Assembly (NCBI GenBank): GCA_951406725.2
Contig: OX597833.1
Coordinates: 69,316,001-69,380,000, forward strand
Direction of reading: 5' to 3'
Origin: Octopus vulgaris
Taxonomy: Eukaryota
Length of the DNA stretch: 64,000 nucleotides
Positions 1 through 14,035 of this stretch are shown here, piece after piece. The notes beneath the pieces are model-generated. The model did no database searches, had not been told where the DNA came from, and was given only the letters and a program-made list of their open reading frames with translations. The position numbers and the translations under genes were made by a program. Numbering within the stretch: the first letter of the stretch is position 1; each line of letters starts with the position of its first letter.

Positions 1-362
1 TTCTCTCATTCTCTCTCTCTCTCTCATTCACTCACTCACACACCCACTGGCCTTGCTTCTGTTGGCTCTCAGACAACTAGACGCCGCCAGCTCTCTGTCC
101 AGCAACGCTGTGCAAAAATTCCTTTTCTAACAGGGCGGTTGTCGCTGATTCGCCGATTTTTCTCTCAGAAAACTACGTGACCCGATTTGAACAATAGGAG
201 CCTTTAAGCCTGAAAGTGAAGGGTTTCCTCTAGAACTTCGAGAACTTTAAATCGTATGGAGCCGAATTAAATTGTTCTAAATAATAATGCATGTGTCTCC
301 TACTAAATGTACGAAGTGCCCTTTCCTCTCGCTTGTCGACTCACTCAGACACAATCACAAAC

Positions 363-373
363 ACCCACACACA

Positions 374-427
<54 letters not shown>

Positions 428-494
428 TACGCACACACACACACATATATAAATATATATGTATGTATAGATACATAGATAGATAGACAGACAT

Positions 495-562
<68 letters not shown>

Positions 563-602
563 AGGGAGAGAGAGAGATAGATAGATAGATAGATAGATAG
601 AT
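363..602. repeat. Compound microsatellite (CA)n/(TA)n/(GATA)n
   Basis: Directly visible simple repeats. Confidence 0.95.
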
Positions 603-837
603 GTATTATGTAATTTCTGTGAGGTTTCCCGAAAAGGAATTTATTTGGATGGTATTAGAATTTACTAAGCGAATTGGTTTCTTATGGAAGACACACACAC
701 CTGCAAGGATCCGCGACGTTAAGCATATATACACATAGAAACACACACACACACACACATACATATATTTATATTTTTTTTTATATGTATAGCTCTCTAT
801 ATAGACTTGTGTGTATTTGTTTTTGGGTGTGTGTATG

Positions 838-874
<37 letters not shown>

Positions 875-877
<3 letters not shown>

Positions 878-1007
878 AATTAAGGACTGAACACGAAAAA
901 GTGGACAGTCAACATGCTAGATATAGACGTCAAATCGCCATTCTCCACAAAGATTTTGTTCTCAAATAAAATAAAATTCAGCACGACCTAAAACAATAGA
1001 TAAGACA
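875..1007. mobile_element. Short non-repetitive insert between (TA)n tracts, possible Penelope-like pLTR remnant
   Basis: ~130 bp of complex sequence bounded on both sides by (TA)n, the same context as the HHR-bearing inserts. No HHR core seen. Confidence 0.3.
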
Positions 1008-1914
1008 TATATATATATATATATATATATACATACATATAAATGTATATATATATGTATATACATATATATATATGTATATATATATGTATGTGTGTAT
1101 ATATGTGTGTATGTATGTATGTATGTATGTATGTATGTATGTATATATGTAAGTACGTATGTATACGTCATCTATTAATACGATTCAAATCAAATGTGTA
1201 TGTACAGGTATTCATACGTCTCTGTATATAAATATGTATACGTACATGTATGTATATGTGCGTGCCTATGTGGGTACACATATCCTTTCGTATTAGTACC
1301 ACAAATCTCAGCTGACGATAACTCTCTTCATGGAACATATACACATACTTAACATTTTGAATCTGATTTCTGTTTGCATTTTTGATCGAAAGAATATGGT
1401 GCCCAATGTGAAGTGTAATTCTCCATTTATGATTGAAAAAGAGTATCATACTGTTACAGGAGAGCACATATTCTCTCTAATGAAAGAGAATAAAATAAAG
1501 AAGATAACATTAAGAACAGCGGGGAATGTGAACACTAAAAGACGAAATAATTTAATAAACCAAACAATTACTGTTATGTGCTTTAAGCGGAGTTCAGCAA
1601 TATCTGTATGAAACTTATAACATAAGAAAAGATTTCTATAATACTTAATGTACTTAACTGTGAAAATATTGTAAATTACTAGTAGGATGTTCTGAACGTT
1701 ATGAATTATTGCATATTAACAAAAATATTTCTTTTATAATTGAACTAGTTACGGCATCTATTAATACAATTCAAATGAAATTTCTTTTCGTATCGATTTT
1801 CTGAGATATTAAATTCCAGTTGTAAAATTGTCTCCAGTCGCTTGTAAATTACCAATTTTATCTGTATGACTATTTGCAGGAGAAATTCATGTGTATTCGC
1901 AAGTTATACTCACA

Positions 1915-2310
1915 CAAGCAGAGGTAAAGTGCGCTAAGAAATTTGTTTACTAGCCTCATGGTTCCAGGTTCAGTCCAAATGCATGGCACCTTGGTTAAAG
2001 TTTCCTACCGAAGCCTCAGACATTGCCCTATAGTGTTTCACTTGGACGAAGCGACCCAGTGTTAATATTTTAAGGTCTGTTTCTTATTCTGTCGTTCTCC
2101 ATTGACGAACCACTAGAGCTATACACACACACACTCACATATATATATAGGACGAGTTTCTCACAGTTTCGGTCTATCAAATCTATTCACAAGGCATGAT
2201 GAGGTCCAAGTCAACGTCGGTGGAATTGCAAATAAGAACGTAAAGAATCGGAGAAAAAACAGCCAAGCATTTTATCTGGTGCCGTAACCATTCTTCCCTC
2301 TTGCTGCCCT
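1915..2310. mobile_element. Heavily decayed SINE fragments (group F1 head on +, F1 and F2 pieces on -)
   Basis: catggttccaggttcagtcc..ggcaccttgg matches the F1 head at 7140; tacgacg..cagtttc.gtcta.caaatc-like text matches the minus-strand F1 at 16277. Confidence 0.55.
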
Positions 2311-4029
2311 CTGTTTTAAACAAATATCAATAAGAGTTTCTGAACAAATGCTTCAAGTTTCATTTTTTCCGATTCAATGAAGGTGCCATTGTCTTGCTGC
2401 CCTTAAAATAATTTTCTACTTTAAGCACGATGTCAGCAATTTTGTGATTAATCGATACTATCAATTCCTGTACTTGAGTGTATCGTAGGAGACGATAAAG
2501 TACGACGCAGAACCGTAACTTCTTAAAACAGAGCCACGGCTGTGCCTATACACAGGAATATATAGCACCTGACAAACCATGTAAAACTTAACTTAACGGA
2601 TTTTATATATGTACAGTACATGATTCCTAACCAATAATGAATGTTGCAAGTTTTAGAATAGCAAATGTTCTAAGAAAAAGAAATAAACGGCTTCCTAACT
2701 ACTTTATGGATTTGATTTTTGCATTGAAGTTCAGAGCAGATATTTTACATAAAAATCATTTTAAAATGCACTGTATACGATTGCTATTTTTCAACTTGCT
2801 TAGAAAAAAAGAATATATAATTATTGCAATTATGAATCGAGCCTCTTATATTCGTTTATTTATTTTCGACTTGTTTGCTTATTTTTTTAAAGATTTGTAT
2901 TAAAAATACAGAAATGGGGAAAAACATTCATTTATAAATACAATGCTCTGCAAGAAATCGCCAGCATAAAAGTCTGTTGTACATGTGAAAAACAGTTTGA
3001 GAATTCGATTGAAACCTTTTAACTGGAATATAATTCTTATTTCTGCCGTCAGTAATTTCTCACAGAAAATGCATTTAAAATATTTAATAAAAATATATTT
3101 AATAAAATATATTTTCACACTTTGCTTTCTATTCTATTTTATTTCTAATCATTTTAAATGCTGCTTTTTTTTATATATTATTTTCATTTATTTTCGAAAT
3201 GTTTACGTGAATTTTTTCCTTCAAGAAAATTTTAGTGAATTGAACATTGTACAAAGAAAACAATATATATGTTCGCACACTTTAAAGTGGTTTGCTATAT
3301 AACACAATTTGTTGTTTTTGATATAGTATTGTTTGGCCTAAAACATTTTTATTTAATTCATATATATATATATAAAACATGGTGTCGTTTTTTTAGTTAG
3401 AATGATTTAAGCTAACTATAATAAGATAGCTTTCTTTTAATATATTGTGTGATATTTGTATATCTAGTAAATCGATTCTCTTAGATTTTATTTAGATTCC
3501 AGTATGTATTAACTTGGTGTTTTTTCTTTTCAATACAGGAGCAGTTATGATGTATGTAAATCTCATAGAATTGTCACCCGTTAATCCCCAAATCACACCC
3601 TACTGCTAAATGACATACTGGAATACATGTTCAATGTGCGACGTAAAAGACGGGATAGGAAGGATTGCAGTGACTATTATAAATGCTATAACAAGAAATA
3701 TAACCTGATCGTTCGACGACTCGTTAAATTAGGGCGAGGTCCACGTAGGATTTATAGAACACAGACAACAATTATTTATTACTTCTAGCCCTTTACTGTC
3801 TGAGTCCTAATTCCACCGTGTTCGACTTTGACTTTCAGATTTCCGTAATATATAGCATAAAGTGCCAGTCAAGCACAGGCATTGATAGTAGCGATTAATC
3901 ACAAAAATGCTGACATCGTGCTTAAAGTAGAAAATTATTATAAGGGCAGCAAGGCAATGGAATCTTCATTGCATCGGAAAATGATGCTTGAAGCATTTGT
4001 TCAGAAACTTGTTATTGATATTTATTTAA

Positions 4030-4495
4030 AAAAGAGGACAACAATAGGGAAGAATGGTTACGGCACCAGATAAAATGCTTGGCTGTTTTTTTCTACGATT
4101 CTTTACGTTCTTATTTGAAATTCCACCGAGGTTGACTTGGTCCTCGTCATTCCGGGTTCGACCAGTGAGGTCGACGGAATTGACTACTATTCCTCACACA
4201 ATCTTTCAGACCTTGTACCGGTAGCAGAAAGGATTTCTTTTTCATTATTTTATTTATTTATTTTTTTTGTTTGGAGAAGGCGGAAAGTTGGCAGATTTGT
4301 TAGAACTTCGGTGAAAATACATCGCTTTAGTTCTTCCATCTCATCAGGTTCTGAGTTCAAATCCCGCAAAGATCGGTTTTGTCTTACATCATTTCACAGT
4401 CGATAAAACAAGTACCATTTGAGCACTAGAGTCGATGAAATCAACTTGCATAATCCCCTAAAATTTATGGCATCGTACCGAAATTTGTAGCCATT
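4030..4495 (+). mobile_element. Two decayed F2 (Meta-like) SINE copies
   Basis: tacgttct..aaattccaccgaggttgactt and ttctgagttcaaatcccgc..gtcgataaaacaagtacca match F2. Confidence 0.6.
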
Positions 4496-4950
4496 CTTGA
4501 TAGAATTCTTGATAGAATTTTGTACAATTCTCAACAGAACTGTACAAACACACTACAGCATAAATTTGTTTGACCGACAAACTTGGCGCTAATGGAATTT
4601 ACACAGATTTATAATTGATTGAAGGAAATATGGCAGGGGATTTGGTGGCTCCCCATAAACAATTCCCTATCAGGAAAAAATCCAAACCAAACTTTTCTAT
4701 ATTCCACCTATGGGTTTCCTATTTACTACGCAGCATGAAACCAAGAAACCATGTCGTCCGCCCGATTATAGCTTCGATCTATGGATGAAAGATCAATACA
4801 TTCAAAGGAAAATGAAGAGGAAACAATCAGTGAAGAATCGGTAAAATTAAAAATATACAACTTCCTGGACATGCCGAGGATGTAATCTGTGAAACAGTTT
4901 AGAAGACAAGAGAGAAAGGATATGTTCAACCTCTAACGGCATTATCGAAT

Positions 4951-5213
4951 ACACACACACACGCACACACACACACACACATACACACATACACACAACA
5001 CACACACACATACATACACACTCACACACATACACACACACATACACACACATACACACACACACAACACACACACATACACACACACATACACACACAC
5101 ACACAAACACACACACATACGCACACACATACACACATACACACACACACATACACACACACATACACACACATACACACACACACACACACACGAACAC
5201 ACAGGCACACACA
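4951..5213. repeat. Imperfect (CA)n microsatellite
   Basis: Directly visible. Confidence 0.95.
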
Positions 5214-5334
5214 TTCAGATATATTTTATCTTCTTTTACTTGCTTCAGTCATTTCACTGTGGCCAGGCTGGGACAACACTCTAAAGAACTCTGAAGATAA
5301 AAATGGATACCAATAATTATAATTATCATTATAT

Positions 5335-5949
5335 ACCTTATATGAATGTAATAAGTGGGTGAGGGTAAAAAGTTGTTTTACCCTTAGTTTATACAGCAAT
5401 AAGAAAATAGAAGTATCAAGAGGTGATATGTCTATATATTTATTTGAAAAAAAAAACAATTATAACAATATACATACATGTATAACATATTATGTTTTAC
5501 ATATATATAAAATATAAAAATATATAGATATGTATTTATGTATATGTATATGTATGTATATGTATGTAAAAGTGTGTATATATGTATGTATTTTATATGT
5601 ATAACTTGAACTTATGAACTTTCTAAACTCTCTGACGAAGCCCAAAGGCACACCCGCGTACCTTAATCTTATCTACCAAATACGTCATTTCACTGAAGGG
5701 ATGGAGTAAAGTGGGGTGCTATGACCTCTTGGCTGAAACAGCTGTAAGATACTTTCTATACTCTACCTTATATATTTTAGTAATTACTGGTATACTTATT
5801 TTTTTATATATTATATATGCAAAACATATTATGTTATACATGTATGTATATTGTTATAATGGTTGTTTAAAAAAAATAATAAATAGACATAATATAATGT
5901 CTATAAGTTCATGAATACCACATCTTGATCCCCTCCATTTTCTTATTAC

Positions 5950-5950
<1 letters not shown>
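5335..5950 (+). mobile_element. HHR-bearing Penelope-like pLTR insertion with a diverged inverted arm
   Basis: ~5395-5520 is a diverged reverse complement of ~5795-5950 (shared atgttatacatgtatgtatattgttataat and cttgat..attttcttatt). HHR at 5629; right end runs into (TA)n. Confidence 0.7.
5629..5749 (+). ncRNA. Type I hammerhead ribozyme motif with ~88-nt stem II insert
   Basis: tct-CTGACGA-agcc..ggct-GAAA-cagctg-TA-aga. Stem I is only 3 bp, stem III is the palindrome CAGCTG, cleavage triplet GUA. Confidence 0.7.
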
Positions 5951-5994
<44 letters not shown>

Positions 5995-6110
5995 TTCTGT
6001 GTGTTTGTGTATATGTGTGTGTATATGTATATATATATATATATGTGTATGTGTATGTATGTATCTATGTATGTATGTATGCATGTATGTATAAGTGCAT
6101 GTGTCTATTA

Positions 6111-6141
<31 letters not shown>

Positions 6142-6839
6142 CAGAGAGAGACAGAGAGACAGAGACAGAAAGAGAGACAGAAAGATCTGGTGAGTTTGGC
6201 TGAAGCGAAGGAATTGTGGAGCCATAAAACTACCATATTTTAATATTCCTTAAAATGTCTTCAAGTATGATTGTCAGATTATGACATTTTTTTCGGTAAA
6301 TATAATTTATTTGAAATGAGAAACTTATTACTTTTAGATTTATAAAGAATGCTTGCCAAAAGAAACGAAATACATAATTATAGATGTGTTCCTGAAATTC
6401 AAAGAAAAATTGCATACCTGCAAAGCAGGTCTGTAGTTAATAATCACATGACTTCGATCAGTTTTTTTTTTTTTTTTTAATATTATTTAAAAAAGAATTG
6501 AGTTAAGATTCGTAAGAAGAAGAAGAAGAATGTTAAACGGATTTCAATCAATAAAAACATCCATGTTAACACATATACTGGGTGGCTAACATTTGAAGTT
6601 GAATGGCATAAATCCGTTTTCGTAGAATACAACTATCTCGTCGCATTCTACAGTTTACTCTTGTTTTGAGAACTGAAGAAAGTAAGTTTTCCTTCTGTAC
6701 GTGAAGGCAATTTCATGGGCAAAATGCTATCATTTCACACTACAATAAAACAATGTAGGATTTTAATGCTGATATCAAATCTTAGCGCAATGCCTGCAAG
6801 TGTAGGGTATGTGGGATACTCGATCATATGCATCCCAAT

Positions 6840-6985
6840 ACAAAACAGGTACTTATTTATCGACTTCGGACGGATGAAAGACAAAGTCGACCTCGGTAGG
6901 ATTTGAACTCTCGACGTGAAGATGAACGAAATGCCGCGCGCGAGGCATTTTGCCGCTATGGTAACCATTCTGCTAGTTCACCGCT
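6840..6985 (-). mobile_element. Decayed F2 SINE
   Basis: ggtacttatttatcgac..ggatgaaagacaaagtcgacctcgg..atttgaactc is the reverse complement of F2. Confidence 0.75.
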
Positions 6986-7020
6986 TAAATGATTTTTATG
7001 GCGACAAATACTAACGTCCC

Positions 7021-7095
<75 letters not shown>

Positions 7096-7096
<1 letters not shown>

Positions 7097-7267
7097 GGCG
7101 CAGGAGTGGCTGTGTGGTAAGTAGCTTGCTAACCAACCACATGGTTCCGGGTTCAGTCCCACTGCGTGGCATCTTGGGCAAGTGTCTTCTGCTATAGCCC
7201 CTGGCCGACCAATGCCTTGTGAGAGGATTTGGTAGACGGAAACTGAAAGAAGCGTGTCGTATATATG

Positions 7268-7298
<31 letters not shown>

Positions 7299-7510
7299 AT
7301 TTGTGCGTCTGTGTTTGTCCTCCCCAACATAGCTTGACAAGCGATGGTGGTGTGTTTACGTCCCCGTAACTTAGCGGTTCGGCAAAAGGGACCGATAGAA
7401 TAAGTACTGGGCTTACAAAGAATAAGTCCCGGGGTCGATTTTCTCGACTAAAGGCGGTGCTCCAGCATGGCTGCAGTCAAATGACTGAAACAAGTAAAAG
7501 AGTAAAAGAG
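7096..7510 (+). mobile_element. tRNA-derived SINE group F1 (CORE-like; internal TA/TG microsatellite; CR1-like tail)
   Basis: A-box-like gtggctgtgtggt, B-box-like ggttcagtccc, CORE-like cttgggcaagt, tail ggcggtgctccagcatgg..(gtaaaaga)n. At least 6 similar copies in the window. Confidence 0.9.
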
Positions 7511-8272
7511 TATATAATTCTCAGGTGTGTGTAAAAGAGTAAAAGAGTATATAATTCTCAGGTGTGTGTGTGTGTGTGTGTGTGTGCACGAACCCAGATA
7601 TTTTCATGTGCTCAATTGAAATACACCATGCTCTTGTTTCTAGTTCTATGTATCCTCTTGATATCAATAAATCACCCCAGCTAAAACGTATTACACGATT
7701 ATCACATCCAATATTATTAGAGTTCCGAGAAAGGAAGCGAAAACATCATTCCGTTATTAAAAATGCTTTCTGCCAGTGTAAGCAAATTCTTCAGATACTT
7801 ACTTTCCACATCGCAATGATTCTGAGGAAGATTGCTGAAGGATTATTGCATGTATATATAAATATTATACAAGCCTTTGAGTTATGTTTTGCAATATTCC
7901 AATGAACAAAAAACATATTACTTTGTCGTTTCCAAACTCTACCATAATTTTCTTATGTTTGCTTTTTTTCCGACATCGGAGTTTTATGAAGCAAAACACC
8001 TTTTTAAACATGGATTATGTAAGAATGTTTGAGAGAAATCATATATACAAAATATACTTCAGTACAGCAATTGTGAGTGCTGGAATTATTTTCTCATGAA
8101 ACAAGGACTTGGAATGCATTGTACATGTGTGTATACGCATGTGTGTGTGTGTGAGTGTATGCGTGTGTCTCTATCTCTGTCTGTGCGAGTGTTTGTTCTA
8201 ACTATATGGCTTCTGTTAGCAACTAACTTGTGAGCCAAGGTAAATATATGTTTCCTACTTCTTTATGCAAAA

Positions 8273-8775
8273 TACGAAGTCTGATCAAAAAGTATTAGGA
8301 CTATTATAACGGCAACAAAGCTATAGTACGCAGAGTACAGTCCCTTGGCAAAGATTGGTCTTCACCTCTAACGTGGGTGCACACTAAGTTATAACGTTGT
8401 CGTTCTCTTAAGCTTGTATATAGCAGCGCTTAGAATTAAAGTGTGTCGAGTGTGGTCGTCTCAAAATTTAGATCGCGTTGCAGCCGTGCAGGATCTCCTC
8501 GACTGTGCCGAGGAACACGCGAAAACGTTTTGAAAACGGTCATGACGGGTAAAGAATCGTGGGACTATGGTTATAATTCTGAAACTAAGGCTTAAAATGA
8601 ATCCAAAAAGAATGCGACGAGATGGATGCTCACTATCCCCCCAAAAGGTGTTACAGGAATGTATCCAAGAATGGAAACGATACCTAATGATGTGTGTAAA
8701 TTAAGAGGGAGACTTGATATGCTTTGCTTCTTCGTTTTATTAGGCCACTCTCGATACTTGTGATCAGACGTCTTA
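8273..8775 (+). mobile_element. Internally deleted mariner remnant
   Basis: TIR-like ends tacgaagtctgatcaaaaagta and tacttgtgatcagacgtctta. Translation near 8530-8590 gives LKTVMTGKESWDYGYNSETK, resembling the mariner ITGDESWVYGYDPETK motif. Confidence 0.75.
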
Positions 8776-8828
8776 CATCCACGAGAAACGAAAGCTGTTG
8801 CGCTTCGTTGTGTAATGATAGTAGTGTT

Positions 8829-9141
8829 GTGGAGGCGCATGGTCTAGTGGTTAGAGCAGTGGAATCGCGGTCAAGGGATCGCGGGTTCGAATCTCAGACC
8901 GGGCGATGTGTGTGTTTATGAGCAAAACACCTAAGCTCCACGCAGCCCCGGCAGAAGGTAATGGCGAACCTCGGCTGACTCTTTCGCCACAACTTTTCTC
9001 TCACTCTTTCCTCCGGCATCTAGCAGCTTACTTGCGACGGACCGGCGTACCGTCCAGATGGGGAACCTATACGCCAAGGAAACCGGGAATCCGGCCCTTA
9101 TGAGCCAGGCACGGCTCGAGAAGGAACAAACAAGAAGAAGC
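8829..9141 (+). mobile_element. tRNA-derived SINE group F3a (V-domain-like body)
   Basis: tRNA head ggcgcatggtctagtggttagagc..ggttcgaatc; gcgacggaccggcgtaccgtccag resembles the V-SINE domain. 12-bp TSD atagtag(t/a)gttg at 8818 and 9142. Confidence 0.85.
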
Positions 9142-9180
9142 ATAGTAGAGTTGCTGATTCAAATTCGCATATTTTAGTTT

Positions 9181-9580
9181 ACTCTTTTCTCTTTTACTTG
9201 TTTCATTTATATGACTGCGGCCATGCTGGAGCACCGCCTTTAATCGAGTAACTCGACCTCGGGACTTATTCTTTTGTAAGCCCAGTACTTATTCTATCGG
9301 TTTCTTTTGCCGAACCGCTAAGTAACGGGGACATAAACACACCAGCATCGGTTGTCAAACAATGCTAGGGGGAAAAACACAGACACACAAACACACACAC
9401 GCATATATATATATACATATATACGACGGACTTCTTTCAGTTTCCGTCTACAAAATCCACTCACAGATCTTTGGTCGGCCCGAGGCTATAGTAGATGACA
9501 CTTGCCTAAGGTGCCACGCAGTGGGACTGAACCCGGAACCGTGTGGTTGGTAAACAAGCTATTTACCACACAGCCACTCC
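9181..9580 (-). mobile_element. F1 SINE
   Basis: Reverse complement of 7096-7510. Confidence 0.9.
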
Positions 9581-10074
9581 TTGTTCGTTATCTAAATTAT
9601 TCGATTAGTAAAACATAAATACAGCTGTATCAAATCTGACGTTTGTTCTCCTAGAAACACCAGTGATATCTCTATCAAGAATATACTTGAAACGAAATGT
9701 GTTTGTGTATATGAAACTTTAGATATAGCTCTATGGCTTTTTTCGCACCTGACAGTATTGTTTCGTTTACTTGGTTTCAAATTCATTGATTTGGAATTAA
9801 AGTAATTGTTTTGATATGATGTAACTATAATAAGGCTTCGGACAAAATACTTCAGCTTTGCATATCTAATTGTTTTCGTTATTTAGATTATTCGATTACT
9901 AAAGAATCGAAGTAGGTGTATTAAATTAGAAGTTTGATCTGCCGGAAATAACTGTAACATCTCCTTGAAGCAATGTTTGAAATTCAATGTGTTTTTATGT
10001 GTGTCGGTGTCTATGAATGTGTTTGTGTATGTGTGTTTATATAAATATACGGCACTTAATATTTTAGCCAAGTT

Positions 10075-10200
10075 GCAAGACTGCAAGCTAGTAGATTCGT
10101 TGGCACGCCGAGCAAACATGCTTAACCTGTCTTTCCGTTTTGAGTTCAAATTCGACTTCGCCTTTCATTCTTTCGGGGTTGATAAAATAAGGATCAGTTG
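10075..10200 (+). mobile_element. Decayed F2 SINE
   Basis: tgagttcaaatt..gacttcgcctttcattctttcggggttgataaaataag. Confidence 0.7.
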
Positions 10201-12217
10201 AGCGAAATTCTTCGAAATTGCTGACTTTGTGCGAACTTTTAAGCCAGTACTTTAGCCAATTTGAATAGCACAGTTCCAAGTTCATTTATTTTGAAATAAT
10301 TTCATGTGAAGTTAAGGACTCTGCATCATATGATATAAATATAATTGGGCTGCGAGCTCAACATTTCAAGTTTGATGCGCCAGAAATAACAGCAAGATTA
10401 CATTCAAGTAACATCTTCTTGATCTAAACAGTGCCAGCCAGTGGCATGTTGATTGTAATAGATAACAATATGACATGTTCACAGTTGGTATGACATTGAT
10501 CTTTGATGTGGCCCGTCTGGGTATCTACCTCAGTATTGTGGACATGATGGAATTTGTTTGGTGGGTGCGTTTGAAAGAACAAGAGGACGAGCGTGTTCTT
10601 TTATCGAATACAAACCTACTAACCTATCAAATTTTCATTGAAAATGAATTTGAGATTAGAAACGAGACACTAACAGCTATCAATTTTTGAAAAGTGCAAG
10701 ACAAGCATGAATATGGAAAGAGTAAGCGGAACTACATAAGCACGTGCCAGCAGGTCAGGAAAAAACAATTGAACACGGAAATGATCCAAATTTCGAGGAG
10801 TTTCCTTGATTGAGCCTTATCACCTGTAACCCGCACTTCGATCATGCTTCCTGAAATTCTTCTGCTACGCATCTTTTCTGTCACTTGCTTTCGAATACTC
10901 TCACGCATTAGACCGTTTGACTAATATACGAATTGTTATCCACTGAGACGGAACACATCTACTGGATCACCTGTTGCTGGGATCGATGCAGAATTGTGTG
11001 TTCTTTTCTGCTGTTCAAACTCTTCCCGGTACTGTATTGGGTTAGATTTTTCTTGAGATGTAGTGTTGTCTTTTGTAGTGTTTCTGCTTCTGTTGTGTTG
11101 AGTGTGTAACGCCTAGCTTTTCTAGGTTGCTGGTGGGAGCACATTTCACTGAGTAAATGTTGTATAGAGTGTGTTTTGTATTTGTGTTGTCTTGTATTAT
11201 TATTATTATTAGCTCAATATATGTATATATGTGTGTATATGTCAATATTGATCTAAGAATTTATGATTATTTACATTTGACTAAAATAAATATGGAGAGT
11301 AGCAAAAACTGACAAAAACAAGATGGTATCTCTAATCTGTACTTATGTATATTCAAACAAAAACAAATCAATCTTTGTTTCGCATTATTATAGCACCATA
11401 TGATGCCATGTTAAAAAATCCTCATTTAATTCATTACAAATCCTCTTGCAACTGTTTCCATGACATACATGTCGACAGGAAATTAAATCTGAATAGCATT
11501 TTTATTGGATAGAAACCGTTTTACGTACAGCACGGCAAATATTAGAAACGAGAGTTATAAAAGTAGAAGTGAGAAACTTAATTAAATATTTTCGGTTTTC
11601 ATCTCCAAATATATTTAAATCTACTTCTTGTTATGTGTGATCTTTGTTACTCAATCACATTATTCAATAACATTATTGTATCTCCTATATTTTCATTAAC
11701 ACATTTGATTCGGCTTTTTTATTATTTCCCCTATCTATTGAAACTTGTTTTAAACGTGTTGTCTGTCTGTAGTGTGTTGTATTGTTCTGTTTAAAAGAAA
11801 AGGTCTCAAATATTTATTGTTTGATCTTTACAATGCGCTAAGCAAACTAGACTTTTAAACAAAATTCCCATTCTTTTAATGATTAAAAAATTGGCATGAG
11901 GTTATATATTTTTATTGTTTTTATTTCATTCAGGCATTTAATAACTTGCAGAAACAAAATTAATTTTCTAACGTAATACAGATGAATGTGACGAAATTTT
12001 ATAGAAATTTATATTACAAATCACGTTCTAAAAATTATGCCATTCAAGATATCGACATAACAATTTAAAACAATGGAATAGGATTGTTGTTTGTGTGTGC
12101 AATAACATTGCATATAACACGAATGATATTCAAACTATCAAAAGAAATAAAAAATCATAACTGAATTAAGTCTTTATTTCTTCCACATTAGGTCGCATGA
12201 GAAATGTTGCTCATACC

Positions 12218-12274
<57 letters not shown>

Positions 12275-12319
12275 AGTGAGTCAACTTTTTTGCAATATTT
12301 TGGTATCTCATTTGTTTTA

Positions 12320-12728
12320 TTATTCCTGTTACAACAAAAGCAGCCGATCATTGAGTGTACAGACTATCGTGATGCACCGTGCAACTCCACCTGTCTGCCA
12401 GTTCTTTTATCCAGCGCTGATACCAGTTCTTGTACTTCGACACGAAGAACTCTTTTCAGTGAGGCTTTCACCCCCCTCTTCGTTGACGAAGCACCACAAG
12501 TGCAGGAATCGAGTTACGGATCAGGAGATGTGATTATCCGAGAGAAGTATCTTCCCGCATTCTTAACGTGTATAAGTAGTAGTGGTTAAAGGACTTGCTT
12601 CAAGAACCCGTTGCCCAAAAATGGACTTTCCGAACACAATGTTATGCTTTGCATCTCGGGGAAGTTTGAGGGGTTAATTCACTTCAAGTTCATTCCGGAC
12701 GGTCGAATCATCGAAGCACATACTCAGT
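12320..12728. mobile_element. Rearranged mariner transposase remnants in opposite orientations
   Basis: + strand 12611-12728 gives NVMLCISGKFEGLIHFKFIPDGRII (mariner KVMLCVWWNFEGVIHFE-like). - strand ~12350-12470 gives EFFVSKYKNWYQRWIKELADRW (mariner C-terminus). Confidence 0.75.
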
Positions 12729-12738
12729 ATATATGTGT

Positions 12739-14035
12739 ATATGTCAATACACACACACATATGTCAATACACACACACACTGCCATTACACACATATGTC
12801 AATACACACACACACACTGCCATTACACACATATGTCAATACACACACACACACTGCCATTACACACATATGTCAATACACACACACACACTGCCATTAC
12901 ACACATATGTCAATACACACACACACTGCCATTACACACATATGTCAACACACACACACACACTGCCATTACACACATATGTCAATACACACACACACAC
13001 TGCCATTACACACATATGTCAATACACACACACACACTGCCATTACACACATATGTCAATACACACACACACACTGCCATTACACACATATGTCAATACA
13101 CACACACACACTGCCATTACACACATATGTCAACACACACACACACACTGCCATTACACACATATGTCAATACACACACACACACTGCCATTACACACAT
13201 ATGTCACACACACACACACACTGCCATTACACACATATGTCAACACACACACACACACTGCCATTACACACATATGTCAATACACACACACACACTGCCA
13301 TTACACACATATGTCAACACACACACACACACTGCCATTACACACATATGTCAATACACACACACACACTGCCATTACACACATATGTCAACACACACAC
13401 ACACACTGCCATTACACACATATGTCAACACACACACACACACACTGCCATTACACACATATGTCAATACACACACACACACTGCCATTACACACATATG
13501 TCAATACACACACACACACTGCCATTACACACATATGTCAACACACACACACACACTGCCATTACACACATATGTCAATACACACACACACTGCCATTAC
13601 ACACATATGTCAATACACACACACACTGCCATTACACACATATGTCAATACACACACACACACTGCCATTACACACATATGTCAATACACACACACACTG
13701 CCATTACACACATATGTCAATACACACACACACACTGCCATTACACACATATGTCAATACACACACACTGCCATTACACACATATGTCAACACACACACA
13801 CACACTGCTATTACACACATATGTCAACACACGCACACACACTGCCATTACACACATATGTCAATACACACACACACTGCCATTACACACATATGTCAAC
13901 ACACACACACACACTGCCATTACACACATATTTCAATACACACACACACTGCCATTACACACATATGTCAATACACACACACACACTGCCATTACACACA
14001 TATGTCAATACACACACATACACACACACAGCCAT
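12739..14035. repeat. Minisatellite of ~36-40 bp units atatgtcaa(t)(ac)n-tgccattacacac, about 35 copies
   Basis: Directly visible. Unit length varies through the internal (CA)n, and the three long ORFs here are artefacts. Confidence 0.95.

Noticed and set aside
45-325. Possible DNA transposon end
   Set aside because: No partner TIR inside the window.
4861-4905. HHR-like layout cttc-ctggaca..GAAA-cagtt-TA-gaag
   Set aside because: The core does not match CUGANGA and stem III is unpaired; at best a relic.
8829-8905. tRNA genes at SINE heads (also 16634 and 58530-58598)
   Set aside because: They continue into SINE bodies bounded by TSDs and lack a clean acceptor stem.
10960-11210. Possible R4/Dong internal fragment next to (TAA)n
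   Set aside because: Translation too degenerate to assign.
12739-14035. CRISPR-like repeat/spacer periodicity
   Set aside because: The spacers are only (CA)n, there are no cas genes, and the context is eukaryotic.
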